Part shown: piece after piece, positions 1 through 7,026 of the stretch
How positions within the stretch are numbered: position 1 is the stretch's first letter
Layout of the letters: every line of letters starts with the position of its first letter
Program-made: the position numbers and the translations under genes
Notes under the pieces: model-generated
Told to the model about the DNA's origin: nothing
The model's database searches: none
What the model saw: only the letters and a program-made list of their open reading frames with translations
Assembly: GCF_900289195.1 (NCBI RefSeq)
Contig: NZ_OMOH01000005.1
Span: 90,001-122,000 of the forward strand
Direction: 5' to 3'
DNA from: Propionibacterium ruminifibrarum
GTDB taxonomy: Bacteria > Actinomycetota > Actinomycetes > Propionibacteriales > Propionibacteriaceae
DNA: 32,000 nucleotides

Positions 1-130
1 GACCGCTCCGATCGGCGGGCGCATGGTCGACGACGAGGAACTCATCGCCTGGGCCACCGGTTTCGTCACCGCGATCTTCGCCCCCGACGAGCCGCGCGCC
101 GCTGTCGGGTCTGTCAGAGGAACGGTGTAA
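1..130 (+). CDS. 3' end of an unidentified protein-coding gene (partial; 5' part lies outside the window)
   Basis: Frame 2 is open from nt 2 to TAA at 128-130 (TAPIGGRMVDDEELIAWATGFVTAIFAPDEPRAAVGSVRGTV*). Third codon positions are strongly G/C-biased. It is too short for the ORF track. No family assignment is possible. Confidence 0.4.
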   Translation, partial: TAPIGGRMVDDEELIAWATGFVTAIFAPDEPRAAVGSVRGTV

Positions 131-500
131 GTGGCCCGATTGCCCGTTGGGGCAGAGAAGCCATGTTGACCGAGATCGCTACCGGCGCTGTCGAGCTCGT
201 CGAGGGATTAGCCGGAGAGGATACCGTGCTCGAGCAGCTTCATCCTCATCACCTGAGTTGGCCGAGTTGGATAAGGCCCAGCGAGAGACGATTGCCGAGC
301 TGGTGCGTCAGTGGCAAGGACGCTGGTATGGTCTTTACCGGTCCCGGGCGGGCTGTATGCAGGCGTTGACCGCTCAAGTGGTTGAGGCCACCTCGGGCGT
401 GTTTGAAAGTACTGTGTTAAGGGTGTGCTTGTGAGTGTGTCGGTGTTGGTTGGGGGGCTCCCGTCTGGACGGGTTTGGTGTCGAATCGCTCCTATCTTCA

Positions 501-520
501 CCGGGAGGGTTATTCAAAAC
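501..520. repeat. Left terminal inverted repeat of the IS5-like element
   Basis: ccgggagggttattcaaaac matches the reverse complement of 2865-2884 (cccggaggggtattcaaaac) at 18 of 20 positions. Similarity stops immediately outside. Confidence 0.7.
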
Positions 521-836
521 TGTTTTTGTAGAATTCTGGTGCGATGATTGCTGTGATGGTTTGTGGGAGGGTGTGGATGGGCCTGCGGTAGCCGGTGTGG
601 AGTGTCTTCCAGGTTTTCAGGTGGGCGATTGCTCGTTCGACTGGGGCTCGTAATGAATTGGTGGCGTGGTTGTATTGTTTCTGCCAGTCTGTGAGCTCGC
701 CGCCTAGTGGTTTGCGTATCGGGGTTGTCATGCCCAGCCCGGTGTAGCCCTTGTCACCCAGTGGTGGGGTGTCCGGGAAGCCGTCAAGAAAACCCGTGGA
801 TTGGATGGCTTTCGCGTCGTGGGTCGATCCGGGGGG
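510..836 (-). pseudogene. C-terminal fragment of the IS5-like DDE transposase (split by IS110 insertion)
   Basis: It translates to PPGSTHDAKAIQSTGFLDGF...PLGDKGYTGLGMTTPIRKP...WQKQYNHATNSLRAPVERAIAHLKTWKTLHTGYRRP. This is the typical HD...DKGY...R..VE..I..LK.W..L core of DDE_Tnp_4 / IS5-type transposases. The TTG 'start' at 857 in the ORF track lies inside the IS110 element and is an artefact. Confidence 0.75.
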
Positions 837-853
837 TGTCCCTATGTTTCTTG

Positions 854-2080
854 TCAAGCGGCGAGGGGTGTTGGGGCTGGTTTGGGTGTCTGGTAGGTTT
901 CTTGGTTCTTGATCATGGCGAACAAGACGTCACAGCGGCGGCGGGATAGACAGATCAGGGCTGCGTTGTGTTTTTTGCCTTGGGCTCGTTTGCGGTCGTA
1001 GTAGGCCCGTGAGACGGGGTCTGCTCTCAGCGCGGCGAAGGCTGACAGGAACAGGGCTCGTTTGAGGTGTTTGTTGCCTGACCGGGCGGGGAACTCGCCG
1101 CGGATACTGGTCCCTGAACGACGGGTGATGGGGGCGAGTCCGGCGTAGGCGGCAAGGTGTCCAGCGGTCGGGAACTGTGAGGCGTCACCGACGTCGAGCA
1201 GGATCCGCGCTGCGGTCCTGACCCCGACGCCTGGCATCGAGATCAGGACCTCGGCAAGAGGGTGAGCATCAACAACCTTCTCGACCTGGCTGGCGAGCTC
1301 GGCCCGCTGGTCCAGGACCTGGCGCAGGGATGCCGCCAACTTGGGTAGGACCTGCTCGGCTGCAGCCGTCCCGGCGACGACAACGGTCTGTTCTGCCAGC
1401 GCTGTGGTGATCGCGTTGGCGAAGTCGGCCGCGCCGCGCGGGTTGGCCTTGTTGATCACTCGAAGCATGCGGCTTTTCGACGCGGCTGTCATGCCTTGAG
1501 GCCCGCCGAGTTGCTCGATGACGGCCAGGCCTTGCTTGGTGGCCAGCCTGGGCCCGATGACGCGTTCTAGTGCGGGATGGATTTGTGTCAGCAGGCCGCG
1601 GATACGGTTCGACAAGCGAGTCGCTTCGGCGGCGAGGTCCTCGTCAAAGCCGACCAGTACCTTCAACTCCGCCAAAGTGTCCTCACCGGCATCGACGCGA
1701 CGTAGTGTGTGGGGCATGCTCCGGGCGGTCTCGGCGATGACGAACGCGTCACGGGCATCGGTCTTCACGTTGCCTGGGTAGAGGTCGGCTGCGCGGCGCA
1801 TCGCCAGCCCTGGAAGATAGGCGACAGTGATGCCCATCGACCTGGCGACCGCGATTGGTAACGCGCCGATCGTGTTGGGCTGATCAACGATCACCAACAT
1901 CTGGCCAAGGCCCTCAAGGCGGGTGAACAGTTCCTCCAAGCGCTTCTGGTCTTGTGGCAGGGGCTTGTCGAACACTCGTCTGCCAGCAGCATCCAGAGCG
2001 CAGGCGTGATGGGCTTGTTTACCCACATCCAGTCCGCACCAGATGTCGTAACCGGTGTTCTGGTCCATGACGGTCACCAT
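854..2080 (-). CDS. IS110-family (DEDD / RuvC-like) transposase
   Basis: The N-terminus reads YDIWCGLDVGKQAHHACALD (the IS110 N-terminal DEDD domain). The C-terminal part reads MPGVGVRTAARILLDVGDASQFPTAGHLAAYAGLAPITRRSGTSIRG...GNKHLKRALFLSAFAAL (the IS116/IS110/IS902 C-terminal domain). The ORF is open to 2134. ATG at 2080 or 2068 gives the family-typical ~405-aa length, so the start is ambiguous. Confidence 0.9.
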   Translation of the reverse strand: MVTVMDQNTGYDIWCGLDVGKQAHHACALDAAGRRVFDKPLPQDQKRLEELFTRLEGLGQMLVIVDQPNTIGALPIAVARSMGITVAYLPGLAMRRAADLYPGNVKTDARDAFVIAETARSMPHTLRRVDAGEDTLAELKVLVGFDEDLAAEATRLSNRIRGLLTQIHPALERVIGPRLATKQGLAVIEQLGGPQGMTAASKSRMLRVINKANPRGAADFANAITTALAEQTVVVAGTAAAEQVLPKLAASLRQVLDQRAELASQVEKVVDAHPLAEVLISMPGVGVRTAARILLDVGDASQFPTAGHLAAYAGLAPITRRSGTSIRGEFPARSGNKHLKRALFLSAFAALRADPVSRAYYDRKRAQGKKHNAALICLSRRRCDVLFAMIKNQETYQTPKPAPTPLAA

Positions 2081-2305
2081 CCTCCCATCGAAGCGACGGC
2101 CGTCGGGCACTGGTGACGCGTCAGCTGCCAGCACCCACGTTACGAAGAGACCTCAATGCTGGGCCGTGTCCCTATCAGCGGTCGGCTGGCGCCACCAGGC
2201 CCGGTGACAACACCCCCCGGATCATTCATGCGACAGGGCAGACCAGTCATGCCGGGCCCGGCGACCGTGACCCCAACCAAAGGGGCCACCAACAAGGTAA
2301 CGGGC
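2081..2305 (-). ncRNA. Candidate IS110 bridge (seek) RNA locus in the 5' non-coding end of the element
   Basis: The 225-nt stretch upstream of the transposase is non-coding. Positions 2210-2223 are the exact reverse complement of 826-839 (target flank plus CA core). Positions 2166-2175 are an exact direct copy of 836-845 (core plus IS right end). The RNA itself, its ends and its fold were not verified. Confidence 0.35.
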
Positions 2306-2737
2306 TGGGTCGGGTACCCATACGAGTCGTCTGGTGAGGGTGCAGGCGATCTGGAGGTTCAACCCGGTGGTGTGGTGCTTGCCCGAGTACAGGCCTTGGG
2401 CGTGTTTGCAGTCCCAGCAGGGCACGAGGGTGCCGTCCACGATCAGGGTCTGGTCCAGGTCGTCTGTGGTGGGTACGAGGTCTGCGAGGACCTCGACGAT
2501 ACGGGCCGTCCACTGGGCGATGGCTCGGCTGGTCGAGGACTGGCTGGCTCCGAAGGACTCGGCCTGTTTGGTTTGGGCGCGGTTGGGTCGCTGGTAGGTC
2601 AGGGTTGCTCTGATTTCTTCTACCTGGCTCAGTGCTGGTGGCTGGCCGGTGGTCTGTGGGGTGCGGGGGTAATTGTGGACGAGGGTCTGGTAGCAGATTG
2701 CGATTGCTTCGGCGGGCAGGCCTGTTGTATGGTACAT
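2306..2737 (-). pseudogene. N-terminal fragment of the IS5-like DDE transposase (split by IS110 insertion)
   Basis: MYHTTGLPAEAIAICYQTLV...SQSSTSRAIAQWTARIVEVLADLVP...TLIVDGTLVPCWDCKHAQGLYSGKHHTTGLNLQIACTLTRRLVWVPDP contains an HTH region plus the first catalytic Asp region (DGT). After codon 2308-2306 the frame runs into IS110 sequence and stops at 2222. Confidence 0.75.
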
Positions 2738-2864
2738 GCGAGGACTTGTTCTGAGAATAATTGTTGTGTTCGATAAGCCAATTGTCTCAGTGGCAGGTCC
2801 TCGCCTTTCACCCAGACACGCCCACACCAGCAGAGCAGATTCCAAGATCACCCCTCAAACCAAG

Positions 2865-2884
2865 GGTTTTGAATACCCCTCCGG
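2865..2884. repeat. Right terminal inverted repeat of the IS5-like element
   Basis: This is the partner of 501-520. It lies 29 bp downstream of the stop codon (2913-2915) of the last PKS-cluster gene. Confidence 0.7.
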
Positions 2885-2912
2885 GAGTGGACTTCTCGAA
2901 ACCGGTGATTTT

Positions 2913-3914
2913 TCAGACTCTGTCCACGTCCTCAACCGTGAAGAGCCCCTTCTTCCTCTCGTAAGATTGCAGTCTCTGTATGTCTGATCCGAAGGGTGAC
3001 AACAGGGCTACGATACCCGAATCCGTCCGGGCGTCACGCTTCAGGGTTTCCTTGACCGGTCGAGTGTACAGTCCCGTCGGACTGAGATCGGTGAACATTA
3101 TATCATTATGATGGGACAGCCTCGTCAATCCTGCTTGGAAGTCAAAAGGGCGTCGCAGGATGTCGAAGAGCATGCCAGGGCCAGGCTTCTCGTGTCGGCC
3201 ATCTACACAGCTCTGCACAACGATGGGTGAGCATCTACTTGAAACCGGGGGGCATCTCTCGAGGAAGGGCGATCGGATTCGTTCCATTAATTGGCTGTGG
3301 AAGGCATACGCCACCGACATACGTTGTGCGAGGATCCCGTTCCGGTGGCAGAATTCCATGATACGGTTCAGCACGGGTCGCATCCCCGTGAACACGAGCG
3401 TGTCGCTCCCGACCCGTCCGGCAAGAGCGCTCTCGAAGGTACTCAGCTGCTCTAAGGCTTCGTCATTAGGGGCAACGACGCTGATCATACCCTGTCCGTA
3501 AGGGTCCTTGTCTGCGGATGCGAATGTTGACTTCAGTAAAGTTACCTGCAACGCAAGGATCTCAAAAAGAGCCTCGACGGAGATTTGGCAGGACACTGTC
3601 AGAGCGACATACTCTCCTAGGGATGTACCCATGACGATGTCGGGTTCATACCCCCGGAACATGAGCATATCCGTGAGGGCTAGTTGGATGGCGGGGATGG
3701 CGAAATGTGTTTCGGCCAGAGAATCGAAGGTGTCGCTGGGGTGCCTCGCCGGATCGTAGATCACCTCTGAGACAGACCGTCCGCCAAGGTCCAACACTAT
3801 GCGTGCATAACGTTCGAGACACGCGTGAAACACGATGTCGTTCTCGTACAGTTGGCGCCCCATCTGATAGTACTGGCTCCCCTGACCTGAATATAGGAAT
3901 ACTCGCTTCACCAC
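2913..3914 (-). CDS. Atypical acyltransferase-like protein (FabD/AT fold; possible acyl hydrolase or non-malonyl acyltransferase)
   Basis: The N-terminus VFLYSGQGSQYYQMG carries the GQGSQ loop. The nucleophile elbow reads MGTSLGEYVAL (Thr codon 3626-3624, Ser codon 3623-3621) instead of GHSxGE. YAFHSQLM retains the catalytic His. The position of the malonyl-binding Arg (xxRGxxM) reads ALQVTLL. Confidence 0.85.
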   Translation of the reverse strand: MVKRVFLYSGQGSQYYQMGRQLYENDIVFHACLERYARIVLDLGGRSVSEVIYDPARHPSDTFDSLAETHFAIPAIQLALTDMLMFRGYEPDIVMGTSLGEYVALTVSCQISVEALFEILALQVTLLKSTFASADKDPYGQGMISVVAPNDEALEQLSTFESALAGRVGSDTLVFTGMRPVLNRIMEFCHRNGILAQRMSVAYAFHSQLMERIRSPFLERCPPVSSRCSPIVVQSCVDGRHEKPGPGMLFDILRRPFDFQAGLTRLSHHNDIMFTDLSPTGLYTRPVKETLKRDARTDSGIVALLSPFGSDIQRLQSYERKKGLFTVEDVDRV

Positions 3915-3919
3915 GACGC

Positions 3920-4609
3920 CTAATCGGTAACGGGCAAGCTTGAAAAGGTGAAGAGATTCTTCTGTCCCCGTCTCATTCTGAACTTGCAGAACTGATCAAC
4001 CTTGTCGATTTGTAGGTAGATATTCGTCTTCTTCGCTTGGGCGAAGGTCAGGCCGTTCGCCACCTGGTAGGAATGCCCGGAGAGAATCCGCACGTCGTCG
4101 GCCATCAGCGTTACTAGCCTCCTGAGGCTGTGGAATAGCTCTGTTGCCCATTCCATGGACTCGCAAATTCCGCAACCATCCGGGAACAAGGTGTCTCCTG
4201 TGAACAGGTCGCGGCCCCACTGGTAGCAGGCGCTCCCAGGGGTGTGTCCTGGTGTCATAAAACACGTGACGTGGTTGCGCCCGATGACAAGTCTTTGTCC
4301 TTCGCAGACCAGAAGCGATGAGTAGCCTTGTCCATAACCGCTCCACTGGTGCTCCAACTCGGACACCACCAGCTGAGCACCGTATCGTTTAACGAAACGT
4401 TCGGCCAAATTCGTATGGTCTAGATGGGAATGGGTTATGAGCACATATCTCAACCGCACACGGAGGCCGTCTAGGACCGCTGTGATCTTGTCCATCTGCC
4501 ATGCAGGATCTATGATCGCGGCTTCGCGACTCACTTCATCGACCAAGATATAACAGTAATTGATGAAGGGGCCGAAGCTGGTCTCGACGGGGATAGTCGT
4601 CGTGGTCAT
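3920..4609 (-). CDS. Metallo-beta-lactamase-fold hydrolase (glyoxalase II-like; PksB/BaeB-like context)
   Basis: It has the HxHxDH motif in VLITHSHLDHTN, followed by TPGHTPGS, TGDTLF and LSGHS metal-ligand motifs in the canonical order. Its start overlaps the PPTase stop by 4 nt. Confidence 0.85.
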   Translation of the reverse strand: MTTTTIPVETSFGPFINYCYILVDEVSREAAIIDPAWQMDKITAVLDGLRVRLRYVLITHSHLDHTNLAERFVKRYGAQLVVSELEHQWSGYGQGYSSLLVCEGQRLVIGRNHVTCFMTPGHTPGSACYQWGRDLFTGDTLFPDGCGICESMEWATELFHSLRRLVTLMADDVRILSGHSYQVANGLTFAQAKKTNIYLQIDKVDQFCKFRMRRGQKNLFTFSSLPVTD

Positions 4610-5427
4610 CGAAAATCCTCTTTATTAGACACAATCTCGATTAGCTCCTTTGTTGGACTCCAATTCTTAGGGTGGGCGAGTGACATGACCCATCTGTTTG
4701 CGAAGATGGTCTCGCACTCGAATTGCGTGAAAGTGCTGAATGTGGACCGCAGGCATTGTGTATGTGTATCCCATGCAGCGTGAGCCAAGGTATAGGCCGT
4801 TTCGGGGGCGGTCAGGCCGATCCGGATGGCTTTACCGAGGGCTTCACGCTGGGTCCACAGAGAGAAGAGCGCCATTTCGTATGGCAGTTCAACCCCAAAT
4901 TCCGTCAGCTGTGCCATTCCGGCTGTGAGTACGCGCTCAAGGGCATTGGACCGTCGGGGATCGAGTACCTCGATATCGAGACCTAACGGACATTCAGCAT
5001 CACATGCAACGGCTGCAATGTGATTGCCTGTATGACTCAGCGATAGTCCCACCGCTGTGCTTCCATGCACCACCGGTTGTCCGAATACACCGGAGGTGAT
5101 CGCAACCTCACAGGGTTCAGCAACTATCCCCCATTCGGACAGTGCAGCCTTGGCCACCATGCGTCCAAAAAGGAAACTTCGCTGACGTCGATTTACAGGC
5201 AGGTGAGCATAACGATCAAGTTCATAGGGATGCAGCCATGCGCGTGCAATCTCGTTCATAACCTTAGGAGCTATCGCGGGTGCAACCCACGTCGCTAAGT
5301 GTGCCTGGAATTGCCTGGCGTCTCTGGAAAAGGCGATAGAATCTATAACTGGACCACCGGTCTCTCCTGGCCATATCGAATCGATCCGATGGACGTCGTC
5401 CATCGTTGTTGCACCATCTGTGATCAC
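4606..5427 (-). CDS. Sfp-type 4'-phosphopantetheinyl transferase
   Basis: It has PLGLDIEVL (the G-x-D-x-E Mg site) and FSLWTQREALGKA (a W/F-x-x-K/R-E-A-x-x-K motif). The GTG start at 5427 overlaps the KS stop (GTGA). An alternative ATG lies at 5403. Confidence 0.85.
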   Translation of the reverse strand: MITDGATTMDDVHRIDSIWPGETGGPVIDSIAFSRDARQFQAHLATWVAPAIAPKVMNEIARAWLHPYELDRYAHLPVNRRQRSFLFGRMVAKAALSEWGIVAEPCEVAITSGVFGQPVVHGSTAVGLSLSHTGNHIAAVACDAECPLGLDIEVLDPRRSNALERVLTAGMAQLTEFGVELPYEMALFSLWTQREALGKAIRIGLTAPETAYTLAHAAWDTHTQCLRSTFSTFTQFECETIFANRWVMSLAHPKNWSPTKELIEIVSNKEDFR

Positions 5428-6668
5428 GACACATAGCCATTCTCAGTTGTGTCCGGAGCCGAGAGGACGACGCTAGCGTTCACACCGAAGAAGGCGAAGG
5501 TGTTACACAGTGCGTGGGAAACAACTCCATGACGCACGGTGGACTTAGGCGCCCATGAAAACTCTTCAATTGGTGAAGTCAGACCCGGGGTAGAATGAAG
5601 GAATCCATTATTAATTTGCAGAGCAGAAGCGACGATTCCAACCAGTCCAGCAGCGTTGAAGCCATGTCCCAAGAGTGCCTTTGTGGCATTGATAACAGGT
5701 GGCATTTGACGCCTTCCGAACAGGTTTCGAAGCGCAGACGCTTCGCAAGAATCGCCCTGGGGCGTACCGGTCGCATGGGCGTTGACATAATCGATGTCCT
5801 CGGGCCCGATGCCCGCATCCGCAAGGGCGAGCTTCATCGTGATGATCTCAGCCTCCAGATCCGGTTCGGCGCCAGTGGTCGGGTGCTGGCATCCTCCGAC
5901 TCCAGACAGGCGGATTCCTCCGCTAGGTTCCATCGCAGGGTTGCTGATCATCACTGCAGCCGCCAAAGGAACGGGGACGGTCCCCGCGTGACTGTTGTCA
6001 AAGGGACGGATGGGTCCGGAATCGGTGACTCGAGACAGGATGCCTAGATTCGAACACATAGCCAAGAATGACTCCGATGGCTCGAAAGCCGGTGCAACGA
6101 CAAGGCAGTAATCCAACAGTCCTGCACGTATCATCGCCACGGCAACAGCCACAGCTGAATTCGATGCTGCAGATTGGGTCCCAATAACCGACCCATAGCC
6201 ACGGAACCCGAGGGCCCGTGAAAGCAGCCCTAGTATCCAAGGGTCGAGGCGCGATAGACGTCTTCCCGGCGTTACTATTTGAGGACTCACGGCGTCCTGA
6301 CGGATCAAGGCTTCCAACGTTGAGTCTTGGTGATTATTGGCGGCCACTATGCAGCCGACACGGTCGAGTTTCGTATTCAACTCAACGGTGCCCCATGCTT
6401 CTAGGGCGGCCACCAATGTTGCCCTCAAGGGGGTTGACAGGCGCCGACCGGTGCATGCCGCACGTCCTGCAGCTTCTGAGGAAGCACACAGCTTTTCTAT
6501 GGAATCCCGGAAGCCGGACTCTGCCATGCTGGGTACTGGTTCCTCCGCGTCGACGAGTTGTAAACTCTCACTCTCCTCCAAACGGCGCGCCAATTCGTCG
6601 GTTCCAACGATATCAGGGCCAACGAATCCCATTCCGGAGATGATCGGATCGGTGGCTCGATTAGGCAC
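5424..6668 (-). CDS. Free-standing decarboxylating ketosynthase (active-site Cys->Ser) of the HMGS beta-branching cassette
   Basis: It is a 414-aa KS fold with N-terminal IISGMGFVGP. The active-site position reads GTQSAAS (Ser codon 6173-6171) where PKS/FAS KSs have TACSS. Both catalytic His motifs are kept (NAHATGT, LLGHGF). It sits next to a discrete ACP, and the HMGS lies across the divergent region. Confidence 0.85.
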   Translation of the reverse strand: MPNRATDPIISGMGFVGPDIVGTDELARRLEESESLQLVDAEEPVPSMAESGFRDSIEKLCASSEAAGRAACTGRRLSTPLRATLVAALEAWGTVELNTKLDRVGCIVAANNHQDSTLEALIRQDAVSPQIVTPGRRLSRLDPWILGLLSRALGFRGYGSVIGTQSAASNSAVAVAVAMIRAGLLDYCLVVAPAFEPSESFLAMCSNLGILSRVTDSGPIRPFDNSHAGTVPVPLAAAVMISNPAMEPSGGIRLSGVGGCQHPTTGAEPDLEAEIITMKLALADAGIGPEDIDYVNAHATGTPQGDSCEASALRNLFGRRQMPPVINATKALLGHGFNAAGLVGIVASALQINNGFLHSTPGLTSPIEEFSWAPKSTVRHGVVSHALCNTFAFFGVNASVVLSAPDTTENGYVS

Positions 6669-7026
6669 GTTGCGCCGCCAAAATCTCTGAGATCTCGCCG
6701 ATCGAGCGTGCCTCTTGGAAACTCATCAGATCGCATCTGATGCCCAGGTTATTCATGGCCGTGATTATGATATCGACACGGTCGATCGAATTCGCACCCA
6801 AATCCTTGAGAAGAGTGTCGTCATTCGCCAAACTGAGGTCCGTCTCGTAGAGTACATCCTCGACGGCAGTCATCAGAGCCTTGCGTGCTTCATCCATGTA
6901 GTTCATTCCTCTTCTATACATCTTATTGGTTTCTTCGACCATGCGCCATGCACGCTGCCACGGTTCATCATCGTCGTGATTATCAGAATTAGATACCAGT
7001 GACTCTCGTGAATGACTTGCGGTCAT
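6661..7026 (-). CDS. Discrete acyl carrier protein (donor ACP of the beta-branching cassette)
   Basis: LLKDLGANSIDRVDIIITAMNNLG carries the phosphopantetheine Ser at codon 6789-6787. The ORF from ATG 7026 (TAATG overlap with the permease stop) gives 121 aa with an acidic 40-aa N-terminal extension. Internal ATGs at 6906 or 6897 (the latter ~9 nt after AGAGGA) would give a canonical ~80-aa ACP. Confidence 0.85.
   Translation of the reverse strand: MTASHSRESLVSNSDNHDDDEPWQRAWRMVEETNKMYRRGMNYMDEARKALMTAVEDVLYETDLSLANDDTLLKDLGANSIDRVDIIITAMNNLGIRCDLMSFQEARSIGEISEILAAQRA

Larger units (their letters stand above)
837..2305 (-). mobile_element. IS110-family insertion sequence nested inside the IS5-like transposase gene
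   Basis: Deleting 837-2305 (1469 bp) joins codon 2308-2306 to codon 836-834 in frame. This recreates ...LVWVPDP|PPGSTHDAKA..., the W-to-HD spacing expected for this transposase family. The dinucleotide CA (minus-strand sense) flanks both junctions (2307-2306 and 838-837). There are no terminal inverted repeats. The 5' non-coding end is 225 nt and only ~15 nt follow the stop codon. Boundaries are +/- a few bp. Confidence 0.8.
501..2884 (-). mobile_element. IS5-family-like insertion sequence (DDE_Tnp_4-type transposase), inactivated by a nested IS110-family insertion
   Basis: It is bounded by inverted repeats ccgggagggttattcaaaac (501-520) and gttttgaatacccctccggg (2865-2884), matching 18/20. 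A 3-bp CGG duplication is possible (502-504 / 2881-2883) if the IRs are taken as the inner 16 bp. After subtracting the nested element the interior is ~0.9 kb and encodes one ~252-aa DDE transposase. Confidence 0.75.

Noticed and set aside
147-434. Two overlapping small ORFs (163-369 and 147-434, +). Taken together they look like one ~90-aa gene with a frameshift near 240-250: MLTEIATGAVELVEGLAGEDTVLEQL... followed by ...ELAELDKAQRETIAELVRQWQGRWYGLY.... G/C-rich third positions switch frame there.
   Set aside because: It may be a decayed gene or a sequencing frameshift. I cannot assign any family, it has no clear RBS, and it is short. There is not enough evidence to call it a feature.
458-476. 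Small GC hairpin cccgtc-tg-gacggg followed by TTT, a possible terminator just before the IS5-like left end.
   Set aside because: The stem is only 5-6 bp with a 2-4-nt loop and a 3-T tail. No confidently called upstream gene ends nearby. It is too weak to call.
2156-2776. ORF 2156-2776 (+, 206 aa) and other ORFs on the plus strand across the IS region (2113-2337, 2334-2597, 1518-1781).
   Set aside because: They are antisense to the well-supported IS5-like and IS110 transposase frames. They span the IS110/IS5 junction, which a real gene would not, and their translations are low-complexity.
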